A program made the translations under genes and the position numbers. 43,638 nucleotides of DNA from Clostridiales bacterium UBA1777 (GTDB lineage Bacteria > Bacillota > Clostridia > Oscillospirales > Oscillospiraceae): the NCBI GenBank assembly GCA_002315275.1, contig DCGN01000105.1, positions 1 to 43,638 on the forward strand, given 5' to 3'. The first letter of the stretch is position 1. Each line of letters starts with the position of its first letter. This document shows, one piece after another, positions 16,152 through 24,864 of this stretch. Under the pieces are notes generated by a model. The model saw only the letters and a program-made list of their open reading frames with translations, made no database searches and had not been told where the DNA came from.

Positions 16152-17174
16152 ATGAAAAATGTTGTTACATTCGGCGAGCTGATGCTCTCCCTCGAGCCCG
16201 TGGGCTATAAGCGCTTCATTCAGGCAGAGACCTTCGAGGCATTCTATACCGGCGCGGAGGCAAACGTTGCCGCATCGCTTGCACAGTTCGGCATGAAGAC
16301 CCAGTTCATCACCAGACTTCCCGAGAATGCTATCGGCGACGCCGCTATCGCAAACATGCGCAAGTATGGCCTCGGTACAGACTTTATCGTCCGCGGAGGC
16401 GACCGCATCGGCGTCATCTACACCGAGCGCGGCGCATCTCAGCGCGCTTCCACCGTTATATATGACCGCAGGGACAGCGCCATCGCCACTGCCGACGAGG
16501 ATTGCTTCGACTGGGATGCGATCTTTGCCGACGCGGACTGGTTCCACTTCACCGGCATCACTCCCGCACTCAGCCCCAAGGCTGCAAAGCTCTGTCTTGT
16601 CGCGTGCAAGGCCGCAAAGGCTCACGGCGTTAAGATCAGCTGCGACCTCAACTTCAGAAAGAAGCTCTGGACTCCCGAGCAGGCAAAGAAGACCATGAGC
16701 GAGATCCTCGAGTATGTTGACGTTCTCATCGCAAATGAGGAGGACGCGGAGAAGGTGCTCGGCATCAAGGCTGAGAACTCCGACGTTACCAAGGGCGCTC
16801 TCGACCATGCAGGATATACCGAGGTGGCAAAGATTATCAGCGAGAGGTTCAACATCCCCTATGTTGCCACCACGCTCCGCAAGAGCATTTCTGCTTCCGA
16901 TAATGACTGGTCCGCAATGCTCTATCACAGCGGCGAGGTTTTCTTCTCCAAGACATACAGCATCCATATCGTCAACCGCGTCGGCGGCGGCGACTCCTTC
17001 GGCGGCGGCCTTATCTACGCTATGCGCAGCGGCTTTGACGATCAGAAGGCTCTTGAGTTCGCAACCGCGGCATCCTGCCTCAAGCACAGCATCGAGCAGG
17101 ACTTCAACCTCGTATCCGTTTCCGAGGTCACCGCGCTCATGAACGGCGACGGCTCCGGCAGAGTTCAGAGATGA
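16152..17174 (+). CDS. kdgK: 2-dehydro-3-deoxygluconokinase (PfkB family)
   Basis: 340 aa. N-terminus VVTFGELMLSL...YTGAEANVAASLAQFG and the C-terminal GGGDSFGGGLIY anion-hole motif are typical of KdgK. Confidence 0.85.
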   Translation: MKNVVTFGELMLSLEPVGYKRFIQAETFEAFYTGAEANVAASLAQFGMKTQFITRLPENAIGDAAIANMRKYGLGTDFIVRGGDRIGVIYTERGASQRASTVIYDRRDSAIATADEDCFDWDAIFADADWFHFTGITPALSPKAAKLCLVACKAAKAHGVKISCDLNFRKKLWTPEQAKKTMSEILEYVDVLIANEEDAEKVLGIKAENSDVTKGALDHAGYTEVAKIISERFNIPYVATTLRKSISASDNDWSAMLYHSGEVFFSKTYSIHIVNRVGGGDSFGGGLIYAMRSGFDDQKALEFATAASCLKHSIEQDFNLVSVSEVTALMNGDGSGRVQR

Positions 17175-17186
17175 GGAGATAAGCAT

Positions 17187-18044
17187 ATGGACAGCAGATT
17201 GAGAGTTCTCTCAAATGCGCTCTGCGTAGTCGGCGAAGGTCCTATCTGGCTCGCCGAAACGCAGGAGGTAGCCCATACCGATATCCGCGGCAAGCGCATC
17301 AGAAGGATCCATCTGCCGACGGGCAGAGTCCGCGATATAATAGTGCCGCAGATGATCCCCTTTATTTTCGAAGGAGAGGACGGGGCGATCCTCGGCGGCG
17401 GTGAGGACGGCATCTACCGGATAAACGATGACGGAAGCCTCACCCCGATAAACAACACCTATCCCATCAAGGGCGACAGATATAACGACGGCAAGGTCGG
17501 AGTTGACGGCAAGCTCTACATGGGCACGTTCTCGCTCGATGGCACGGCTGCATTTTACCGCATGGAGCATGACGGGTCGATAGTTGAGCTTTTTGACCGC
17601 GTAGGCAACTCAAACGGTCTTGCATGGGATGAAAAAAGGGGTATACTGTATTATAACGATACGCCTACCGGCAGAACGGATGCTTTTGATTTTGACCCTG
17701 TTACGGGTACCGTGTCAAACCGCCGCCCGGTGTTCGCTTACCCCGAAGGCCACCATCCCGACGGAATGACCATCGACTCCGACGGCAACCTTTGGACTGC
17801 ACTTTGGGGCGGCTGGTCCGTCATGTGCATCGACCCCGCTCAGGGCAAAATGATTGAGAAGATCGAGATGCCCACGGCTCAGCCGAGCTGCTGCATCTTC
17901 GCCGGAGACGACCTCGGAGAGCTCATTATCACGAGTGCCGCAACGGGTCTGCCGATCAGACAGCAGCCTCTCGCCGGCGCAACGTTTGCCATTCGCACGG
18001 GAGCAAAGGGCGTTCCCGGCCATAAAATGCGTTTATCGAAGTAA
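17187..18044 (+). CDS. SMP-30 / gluconolactonase / LRE-family lactonase
   Basis: 285 aa. Six-bladed propeller signature GEGPIW...NDGKVGVDGKLYMGT...SNGLAWD...PDGMTIDSDGNLW. Confidence 0.85.
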   Translation: MDSRLRVLSNALCVVGEGPIWLAETQEVAHTDIRGKRIRRIHLPTGRVRDIIVPQMIPFIFEGEDGAILGGGEDGIYRINDDGSLTPINNTYPIKGDRYNDGKVGVDGKLYMGTFSLDGTAAFYRMEHDGSIVELFDRVGNSNGLAWDEKRGILYYNDTPTGRTDAFDFDPVTGTVSNRRPVFAYPEGHHPDGMTIDSDGNLWTALWGGWSVMCIDPAQGKMIEKIEMPTAQPSCCIFAGDDLGELIITSAATGLPIRQQPLAGATFAIRTGAKGVPGHKMRLSK

Positions 18045-18065
18045 TATTCGGAGGAAATAAGAAAA

Positions 18066-18839
18066 ATGAAAACTCAGAGAAGTGTTCTTGTCACGGGCGC
18101 TGTCCGCAATACCGGTCTCGGCATTGCCGAGAAGTTCCTGCAGGAGGGCTGGGCAGTATTTATAACGAGCCGCAGGGAAGAGGATGCGGTCGCAAAGGCA
18201 AAGGAGCTTTCCGAAAAGTACGGTCAGCCCTGCTACGGCATCGGCTTTAACCCGCTCAACGCAAAGGTCGAGGCGGAAGAAGTGTTTGCCAAAATCGCCG
18301 AAAAGGATTATGTTATAGATACCCTCGTGTGTGCCGCGGCAGACCTCGGCATCGGTCAGGATCCTCTCACCATCGACCTTCAGGATTGGGAGAACACCCT
18401 CCTCACCAATATCATGGGCTACTTTGCCCCCGCACGCATCGCCGCGCGCGAGATGGTCAAGGCCGGCAAGGCCAAGACCGGCACGATCGTTTTCATCGGC
18501 TCCATCAACTGCCGCGATTCTCTGCCCCGCCGCAGCGCATACTGCACCTCCAAGGGCGGCATCCGCACGATGACCAAGGCTCTCGCTCTTGACTTCGCAC
18601 CCTACGGCATCCGAGTCAACTGCGTCCTGCCCGGACCCATCTGGACTACCCGCTACGACGCAATGGACCCCGCTGAGGCGGCAAAGCGCGCAAGCCTCGT
18701 TCCCCTCGGAACCGTATCCACTCCCGCACAGATCGCAGGCGGAGTATACTTCTTCGCTACCGACGCATCCGGAAACGCGACCGGGTCCAGCCTCGTTATG
18801 GACGGCGGCATGGACAGCATAGTCGCAGGCGGATATTAA
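18066..18839 (+). CDS. SDR-family oxidoreductase (paralogue of 1-456)
   Basis: 257 aa. Catalytic S...YCTSK and PGPIWT. The cofactor loop reads VTGAVRNTGLG, which is two residues longer than the canonical TGxxxGxG. Confidence 0.85.
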   Translation: MKTQRSVLVTGAVRNTGLGIAEKFLQEGWAVFITSRREEDAVAKAKELSEKYGQPCYGIGFNPLNAKVEAEEVFAKIAEKDYVIDTLVCAAADLGIGQDPLTIDLQDWENTLLTNIMGYFAPARIAAREMVKAGKAKTGTIVFIGSINCRDSLPRRSAYCTSKGGIRTMTKALALDFAPYGIRVNCVLPGPIWTTRYDAMDPAEAAKRASLVPLGTVSTPAQIAGGVYFFATDASGNATGSSLVMDGGMDSIVAGGY

Positions 18840-18857
18840 TTATTAAGGAGATAATCA

Positions 18858-19874
18858 ATGAAGATAGTATTCGGTGCAATAAAGGAATTCAACGACGGCG
18901 TTATGATGATGGCCCGCCAGCTCGGCGCAGAGGGCTTCCACTTCAATACTCCCCCCATCGCGACCGACGATGAGCAGTTCTGGACAGTCGAGGCGCTGAC
19001 ATGGCTCAAGGAGTACACAAAGCGTTTCGATCTCAACCTCGAGATGATCGAGAACGTGCCTATCCGCTTCTACAACAAGATCCTTCTCAACCTGCCCGGC
19101 CGTGACGAGCAGATCGATAACTATATCAAGACCGTTCAGAACATGGGCAAGGTCGGTATTCCCGTTCTCGGCCATCACTTCTGCCCCACATGGGCATGGC
19201 GCACAACGCTCCAGCAGCCCTCCCGCGGAGGCGCAAAGGTCATGGCGTGGGATCACTCAATAGCAGATAAGGTTCCCAATGCCACCCGAGGAAGCTCAAA
19301 CTTCATGGTCAAGTTCGGCGAGGACGTCCCCGTGCCGACGAGACAGGACCTCTGGGATAACTTCACGTACTTCATGAACGCTGTTCTTCCCGAGGCCGAG
19401 AAGGCAGGTGTCCGCCTCGTAACTCATCCATCCGATCCCCCCGTAGACAAGGTCGGCGGTGTAGAGCGCATCTTTATCAGCAAGGAAGACTATCTCAAGG
19501 CCGACGAGATAACCCACAGCGACGCGTGGGGTCTCAACCTCTGCCTCGGCTGCTTCTCACAGCTCGGCGGCGAGGAGTACGTTATGGATATGATCGACGA
19601 GTTCGTTCCCCGCGGAAAGGTCTCCATTGTCCATCTGCGTGACGTTCAGGGCGATATCGAGTGCTTCCAGGAGTGCTTCCTCGGTGACGGCCGCTACAAT
19701 CCCGCAAAGGTGCTCATGAAGCTCAAGCGCTGCGGCTACGAGGGTCTCGTGCTTGATGACCATGTTCCGTTCCTCACGGATGACACCCGCTGGGGCAAGA
19801 CCGCCAGAGCATATCAGACCGGCTATATTCAGGGCATGAAGATGATGCTCGATTATATCGACAGCATAGAGTAA
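18858..19874 (+). CDS. uxuA: Mannonate dehydratase family protein (UxuA-like, xylose-isomerase-like TIM barrel)
   Basis: 338 aa. By eye it is collinear with E. coli UxuA: IENVPI...NYIKTVQNMGKVGIPVLGHHFCP..WAWRTT; VRLVTHPSDPP; IVHLRD; LDDHVP. It is shorter than E. coli UxuA (394 aa). Confidence 0.75.
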   Translation: MKIVFGAIKEFNDGVMMMARQLGAEGFHFNTPPIATDDEQFWTVEALTWLKEYTKRFDLNLEMIENVPIRFYNKILLNLPGRDEQIDNYIKTVQNMGKVGIPVLGHHFCPTWAWRTTLQQPSRGGAKVMAWDHSIADKVPNATRGSSNFMVKFGEDVPVPTRQDLWDNFTYFMNAVLPEAEKAGVRLVTHPSDPPVDKVGGVERIFISKEDYLKADEITHSDAWGLNLCLGCFSQLGGEEYVMDMIDEFVPRGKVSIVHLRDVQGDIECFQECFLGDGRYNPAKVLMKLKRCGYEGLVLDDHVPFLTDDTRWGKTARAYQTGYIQGMKMMLDYIDSIE

Positions 19875-19893
19875 AATAAATATTCCGAGGAGG

Positions 19894-21702
19894 ATGAACA
19901 TGGCAGTATTATGGCAGAGAGTGAAAACGTGGGCTCTTGATCTGAAGCTTGCGCAGAAGCTCAGTATTATGCTGACTGCGGTCATCCTCCTTTTGCTTAC
20001 GATCATTTTCCGCATAGAATGGAATCTCTATTCGCAGGATATGGAGAACACCACCGGCGCTCTGTTCATGCAGGTGTCATACTCGTTTGAAACGATAATG
20101 GACAACTCCATATCGAACCTGAACGCTCTCTCGAAGGCTCCGCTCTACTCCTCGGAAATGCAGGAGGACATGAAAAACGACCGAGTCCTTTCAAACGAAA
20201 GCGTTGAAAAGATGCAGTACTCGCGAGACGTTGTCGGCACTACCGACAGCCTCCACCATGTAATCGCGCTGTACAGCAAGTCCGGAAGGCCGCTCTTTTC
20301 GAGCGCCTTGACGAATCTGTCATATGTAGTTAAGGATTATTATGACGAGTGGTACGCGGCGGCAAAGGAGAAAAACGGCGCCGTCTGCATAACGGGCTTT
20401 CCCGAAACGGAGGAGAACTTCGTCTGCACACTGTCGAGGATATTGAAGAACATTTCGACCTTTCAGGAGGTTGGCCTTATCAGCATAAGCGTTCCGAGAA
20501 GTGTCTTTATCGAGGCCTGCGAGCAGCTTGAGGATATCGCGGGAAGCGTGGCGACCGTGTTTGGGTCGCAGGGAGAGATAATTTTCTCGTCCGAATCCGA
20601 GGCGGACGGCGAGATCGCGCTCTCGCTCAAGACAGAGGCCGAGGCTGACGCCGGCATCGGCAAAAACTTCTCAAACGGCGACTATATCGGCTACTATTCC
20701 CGCGAGAGCAACGGGAAATACGCCGTGCTTATTTACACAACGCGCACGGAGATAATGCAGAACCAGCAAAGAACGAGAGAGCTCATGATAATCATGCTCG
20801 TGCTCGTCAGCGTCTGCATGATCCTTATTATTACTCTCCTCACGAGGAGCGTGACAAAGCCGCTCACAAAGATAGCGGAGCTGATGGTAAAGGTCCAAAA
20901 CGGCGACTGGAAGGTCAGATTCCGCCCTGCTTACCGCGATGAGATAGGCGTGCTCGGAGAAAACTTTGACCGCATGCTTGACCGCATGAACGATATGACC
21001 GAGCAGCTTGTCGATGTGAGCACAAGAAAGAAGCAGACGGAGATCGATGCCCTGCAGGGGCAGATCAATCCCCACTTCATGTACAACACGCTCGAGGCCT
21101 TCCGCATGATGGCAGTGGAAAAGGATGATTTTGAGCTCGCGGATCTGATAGCCTCCTTCGGCAAGATGCTCCGCTATAACATCACGACAATGAACGAGAT
21201 GACTACCATCCGCCAGGAGATAGAATATCTCGACCACTATATAAGGATCCAGAACAAGCGCTATCCGAGGCAGATCACGCTTGTGAACAATGTTCCGGAT
21301 GAGCTGATGGAGCTGCATGTTATCAAGCTTCTTATCCAGCCCATCGTGGAAAACGCCATATTCCACGGCCTTGAGATGAAGCTCGCGCAGACGAGAAAGA
21401 TCAGCATAACAGTTACCCGCCGCGGCGAGCTTTGCAACATAGACATCCGCGACAACGGCCTCGGCATGAACCGCGAAACGCTTGAGCAGCTGCGCAGCAA
21501 TATAAAAACGCGATACAGCGAGGCAAAGGACAATCGCCACGTCGGCATGAGGAATGTGAACGAGAGGATACACCTCTATTACGGCGAGGACTACGGCCTG
21601 ACAGTTCTCAGCGAAGAGAACAAGGGAACGCTTGTAAGAATATCGCTCCCATACGATAAAATGAAAGGAGAGGGCGAAAATGTGGAAGATAGTGATAGTT
21701 GA
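19894..21702 (+). CDS. Sensor histidine kinase, YesM-like (2 TM, extracellular sensor, HAMP, His_kinase, HATPase)
   Basis: 602 aa. TM helices at about aa 20-40 and 295-315. HAMP region KPLTKIAELM. Phospho-acceptor region QINPHFMYNTLE. ATPase region DNGLGM. Confidence 0.88.
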   Translation: MNMAVLWQRVKTWALDLKLAQKLSIMLTAVILLLLTIIFRIEWNLYSQDMENTTGALFMQVSYSFETIMDNSISNLNALSKAPLYSSEMQEDMKNDRVLSNESVEKMQYSRDVVGTTDSLHHVIALYSKSGRPLFSSALTNLSYVVKDYYDEWYAAAKEKNGAVCITGFPETEENFVCTLSRILKNISTFQEVGLISISVPRSVFIEACEQLEDIAGSVATVFGSQGEIIFSSESEADGEIALSLKTEAEADAGIGKNFSNGDYIGYYSRESNGKYAVLIYTTRTEIMQNQQRTRELMIIMLVLVSVCMILIITLLTRSVTKPLTKIAELMVKVQNGDWKVRFRPAYRDEIGVLGENFDRMLDRMNDMTEQLVDVSTRKKQTEIDALQGQINPHFMYNTLEAFRMMAVEKDDFELADLIASFGKMLRYNITTMNEMTTIRQEIEYLDHYIRIQNKRYPRQITLVNNVPDELMELHVIKLLIQPIVENAIFHGLEMKLAQTRKISITVTRRGELCNIDIRDNGLGMNRETLEQLRSNIKTRYSEAKDNRHVGMRNVNERIHLYYGEDYGLTVLSEENKGTLVRISLPYDKMKGEGENVEDSDS

Positions 21703-22414
21703 CGATGAGCAGCTCATCTCTGACGGTCTCGCAAAGATCATCCGTCACATTGGCGAGGCCAGATACGAAACTAAGACCTTTACCGATGCGAACGAGGCAT
21801 ACACATATATACGCGATAACGCAAAGAATATCGATCTCCTTATAACCGATATCCGTATGCCGCAGATGACGGGCCTTGAGCTTATAGAAAAGGTCAAAAA
21901 GCTCAACTCCTCTATGCTATGCTCCGTGCTTACGGGCTTCAGCGAGTTCGCGTACGCAAAAAAGGCGATTGATCTCGGCGTTGTGAGCTTTCTCGTAAAG
22001 CCTGTGGAGACGCAGGAGCTGAAAAAGCTGCTTGACAGGCTTATGGTTTCGGATAAGTCCGGCGGCGAGGCGAGAATAGCGAGCGCTTCGCTTTCCCGCG
22101 AGACGCTCTACATGAAGCGCGAGGTGGAGGATAATTACGCCGCGTTCGATATGGATGCCGTCACGAATCATCTTCAGCTCAGCCGCGACTATCTCTTCCG
22201 CCTCTACAAGAAGGAGACGGGGCACAACCTCATGGACTATCTGCTCGATATCCGCATCCAGAAGGCGAAGGAATTTCTGATGCAGCCGGGCAAATACAAG
22301 GTGTATGAGGTGAGCGAGCTCGTCGGCTACAGCGATTATGCCTATTTTTCAAAGGTTTTCAAGAAGCAGACGGGCATGACTCCGAAGCACTTCCAGAAGT
22401 TCGCCGAGGAATAA
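21680..22414 (+). CDS. Response regulator with AraC-type HTH output (YesN-like)
   Basis: 244 aa. REC domain (KIVIVDDE...LLITDIRMPQMTG) plus a C-terminal AraC HTH (YEVSELVGYSDYAYFSKVFKKQTGMTP). RBS AAAGGAGAG. Overlaps the kinase gene by 23 nt. Confidence 0.88.
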   Translation: MWKIVIVDDEQLISDGLAKIIRHIGEARYETKTFTDANEAYTYIRDNAKNIDLLITDIRMPQMTGLELIEKVKKLNSSMLCSVLTGFSEFAYAKKAIDLGVVSFLVKPVETQELKKLLDRLMVSDKSGGEARIASASLSRETLYMKREVEDNYAAFDMDAVTNHLQLSRDYLFRLYKKETGHNLMDYLLDIRIQKAKEFLMQPGKYKVYEVSELVGYSDYAYFSKVFKKQTGMTPKHFQKFAEE

Positions 22415-22424
22415 TCACGGCAGC

Positions 22425-22458
22425 AAAACCGCGGAATACGGATTTTCGCGGTTTTTTC
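22425..22458 (+). terminator. Intrinsic terminator after the two-component genes
   Basis: Stem aaaaccgcg (22425-22433) / cgcggtttt (22447-22455) running into a T6 tract. Confidence 0.7.
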
Positions 22459-22460
22459 CA

Positions 22461-22490
22461 TTGTTTTGTGCGGAAAACCGCCTATATAAT
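22461..22490 (+). promoter_or_regulatory. Candidate promoter of the SDR-SDR-AroD-like operon
   Basis: TTGTTT (22461-22466), an 18-nt spacer, then a perfect TATAAT (22485-22490). Confidence 0.4.
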
Positions 22491-22541
22491 TATGATGGTT
22501 TACAGCAGATTATAAAATCAGAACAGAGGAGATATATAATC

Positions 22542-23267
22542 ATGATCGAACTCACAGGAAAAACCGCAATAATCACCGGCGCGAGCGTCGGCATCGGTGA
22601 AGCTACGGCTGAGAAATTCGCAGAGCTCGGCTGCAATCTCGTTCTCGTGGCAAGAAGCTTCGATAAGCTTGAGGCGCTGAAGGAGAAGCTCGGCAAAAAG
22701 GTAGACGTGCTCATCTTCAAATGCGACGTAAGCGATGAAGAGGCCGTAAAAGATATAGTCAAAAAGTCAGTTGAGCATTTCGGCAAGATTGATATTCTCG
22801 TGAACAACGCTGCCATCTGGAGGCGCTGGATTCCGTTTGCCGAGACGGAGAGCTCCATGTGGAAGGATTATATCGACTGCAACATTCTCGGCACGATGTA
22901 CTTCACGCATGAAGTGCTGCAGAATATGCTGGAAAATCACTACGGCAGGATCATCAACATCGGCTCCGTCGCCGGAGTTTACGGCAACGCCCTGCAGGTG
23001 GACTATTCCATGACCAAGGGAGCTATCATTTCCTTCACCAAGGCACTTGCAAAGGAAGTTACCGACAAGGGCATCCTCGTCAACTGCGTCTCTCCCGGCA
23101 GCGTGAGCAACAAGCAGGATGTTCCCGAAGCAAGCGACCTTTCCTTCACCGGCAGAACAGGCACTCATACAGAGAACGCAAATCTCATTGCCTTCCTCGC
23201 AAGCGATGAGGCAAGCTATATTTCCGGCCAGAACTATCAGGTCGACGGCTGCAGAAAAAAGATGTGA
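22542..23267 (+). CDS. SDR-family oxidoreductase (FabG-like)
   Basis: Start moved to ATG 22542 (MIELTGKTAIITGASVGIG), which has the RBS AGAGGAGA. The N-terminal 27 codons of the track ORF span the promoter region. Motifs TGxxxGIG, NNAA and YSMTK. Confidence 0.85.
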   Translation: MIELTGKTAIITGASVGIGEATAEKFAELGCNLVLVARSFDKLEALKEKLGKKVDVLIFKCDVSDEEAVKDIVKKSVEHFGKIDILVNNAAIWRRWIPFAETESSMWKDYIDCNILGTMYFTHEVLQNMLENHYGRIINIGSVAGVYGNALQVDYSMTKGAIISFTKALAKEVTDKGILVNCVSPGSVSNKQDVPEASDLSFTGRTGTHTENANLIAFLASDEASYISGQNYQVDGCRKKM

Positions 23268-23312
23268 TATAAGCGCAAACGCGCTCAACAATATTTTTAC
23301 AGGAGGATTATC

Positions 23313-24065
23313 ATGGAATTTGCGGGTAAAACAGTAGTGATCACCGGAGGCTCCTCCGGCATGGGTTTCGTTGCGGGCAAGAGCTACGCCAAGGAGGGCG
23401 CAAACGTTGTCCTTCTCGGAAGAGATCAGGAAAGACTTGACAAGTGCGTTGAAGAGATAAAGGCAGAGGGCGGCTCTGTCATCGGCGTGAACACGGACGT
23501 CATCGATTACGAGTCCTGCGTTGCGGCAAGAGATGCGGCAGTCGAGGCCTTCGGCTCCATCGATATCCTCATTAACTTCGCTGGCGGTGCAACGACCCGT
23601 ATGTTCAACAAGCCCGGCGTGTTCTACGATATACCCATCGAGGTTTACGATTACAGCGTTGACCTCAACCTCAAGGGCGTTATGCACATGGACCACACCG
23701 TCCTTCAGCAGATGGCAAAGCAGAAGTCCGGCGTTATCATCCATCTCGGCTCCATCACGGGCGAAGAGGGAAGCGACGGCGCCGTTGCTTACTCCGCAAC
23801 CAAGTCCGCTCTTATGAACGGTCTCACCAAGTCCATCGCCATGGTCGGCGGCCCGATCGGCGTTCGCTGCCTGTGCGTTGCACCCGGCCCCGTTCTCACC
23901 CGCGCAAACATGGCCAACATGAAGACACTCATGGGCCGCGCCGCAGAGCCTCAGGAGATAGTTGACGCCATCATGTTCATGACGAGCGACAAGGCAAGCT
24001 TCGCCACCGGCACGACCTTCCTTATGGATGGCGGCCGCAACGTCCTCTGGAACAGGAGCTATTGA
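23313..24065 (+). CDS. SDR-family oxidoreductase
   Basis: 250 aa. TGGSSGMG, catalytic YSATK, PGPV. RBS AGGAGGA. Confidence 0.85.
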   Translation: MEFAGKTVVITGGSSGMGFVAGKSYAKEGANVVLLGRDQERLDKCVEEIKAEGGSVIGVNTDVIDYESCVAARDAAVEAFGSIDILINFAGGATTRMFNKPGVFYDIPIEVYDYSVDLNLKGVMHMDHTVLQQMAKQKSGVIIHLGSITGEEGSDGAVAYSATKSALMNGLTKSIAMVGGPIGVRCLCVAPGPVLTRANMANMKTLMGRAAEPQEIVDAIMFMTSDKASFATGTTFLMDGGRNVLWNRSY

Positions 24066-24847
24066 TGGAGATAAAAAAAGCATCCTTTCTCGGCCATGAC
24101 AGGCCCCTCAACACGAGCATAGTCGTCTGCCGCACGCCGGAGGACGCTATGAATACCGGCCGCGACAGCGTTTGGGACGGCGCGGACGCGCTCGGCGTTC
24201 AGATAGAGCACATGCCTCCCGAGCTGAGAACAGAGGAAAATCTCCGCAGGATATTCTCCTCCTTCGGCAATAGGCCGATATATGTCACGAACTATAAGCG
24301 CCTCTACAATGAGAATACAAGCTATGACGAGCTGCTTGAGGGCCTTTTGAAGATGCTGCGCTGCGGCGCAACGCTGCTTGACGTGATGGGTGATTTCTAT
24401 TGCCCCGACCCGATACAGATAACGATGGACAGGGAAGCTATAGCCAAGCAGAAGGCTGCCATCGAGCGCATCCATGACGAGGGCGGCGAGGTGCTGATGA
24501 GCTCCCATGTGCAGAAGTTCCTGCCCGGCGAAGAGGTGCTTAAGATAGCGCTTGAGCATCAGTCCCGCGGCGCGGACATTTCCAAGATAGTCACCGCGGC
24601 GAATTCCCCCGAGGAGGAAGCCGAGAACCTCAAGACGGTCGCTCTTTTAAAGCGCGAGCTTGATATTCCGTTCCTCTTCCTCGCAAACGGAACGCACTTC
24701 AGAATTCTGCGCACGGTCGGCCCGTTCATGGGCGTGTGCATGTGGCTCACGGTGCAGCGCCATGTCGAGGATGACACGCTCAATCAGCCGATGACCCGCG
24801 CAATACGCGATATCGCGGCAAATTTTGACTATATTCCTCAGCTTTGA
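24065..24847 (+). CDS. Type I 3-dehydroquinate dehydratase-like protein (AroD fold)
   Basis: The C-terminal half is collinear by eye with Salmonella AroD: VLMSSHVQKF (His143 equivalent), GADISKIVTAA (Schiff-base Lys170 equivalent) and the FLANGTHFRILRTVGPFMG closing loop. ATG 24065 overlaps the upstream TGA by 1 nt. Confidence 0.6.
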   Translation: MEIKKASFLGHDRPLNTSIVVCRTPEDAMNTGRDSVWDGADALGVQIEHMPPELRTEENLRRIFSSFGNRPIYVTNYKRLYNENTSYDELLEGLLKMLRCGATLLDVMGDFYCPDPIQITMDREAIAKQKAAIERIHDEGGEVLMSSHVQKFLPGEEVLKIALEHQSRGADISKIVTAANSPEEEAENLKTVALLKRELDIPFLFLANGTHFRILRTVGPFMGVCMWLTVQRHVEDDTLNQPMTRAIRDIAANFDYIPQL

Positions 24848-24864
24848 AAACAGGGAGAAGCAAA

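Noticed and set aside
15161-17186. Long minus-strand ORFs (15161-16129, 322 aa; 16098-17186, 362 aa) antisense to eda and kdgK
   Set aside because: The products are Ala/Arg/Gly-rich and low-complexity, have no RBS, and overlap well-supported family-recognisable genes on the plus strand. These are typical shadow ORFs of G+C-rich coding DNA.
22447-22481. Possible alternative pairing of the terminator 3' arm (gcggtttt) with a downstream aaaaccgc (22474-22481), reminiscent of an attenuator
   Set aside because: The competing segment lies downstream of the T-tract, so it cannot prevent terminator formation during transcription. It is more likely a coincidence of a short repeated 8-mer within the next promoter.
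20671-24083. Minus-strand ORFs 20671-21741 (356 aa) and 22767-24083 (438 aa)
   Set aside because: They are antisense to the histidine kinase and to the two SDR genes. I recognise no motifs, and their stop-free frames are explained by codon bias of the sense genes.
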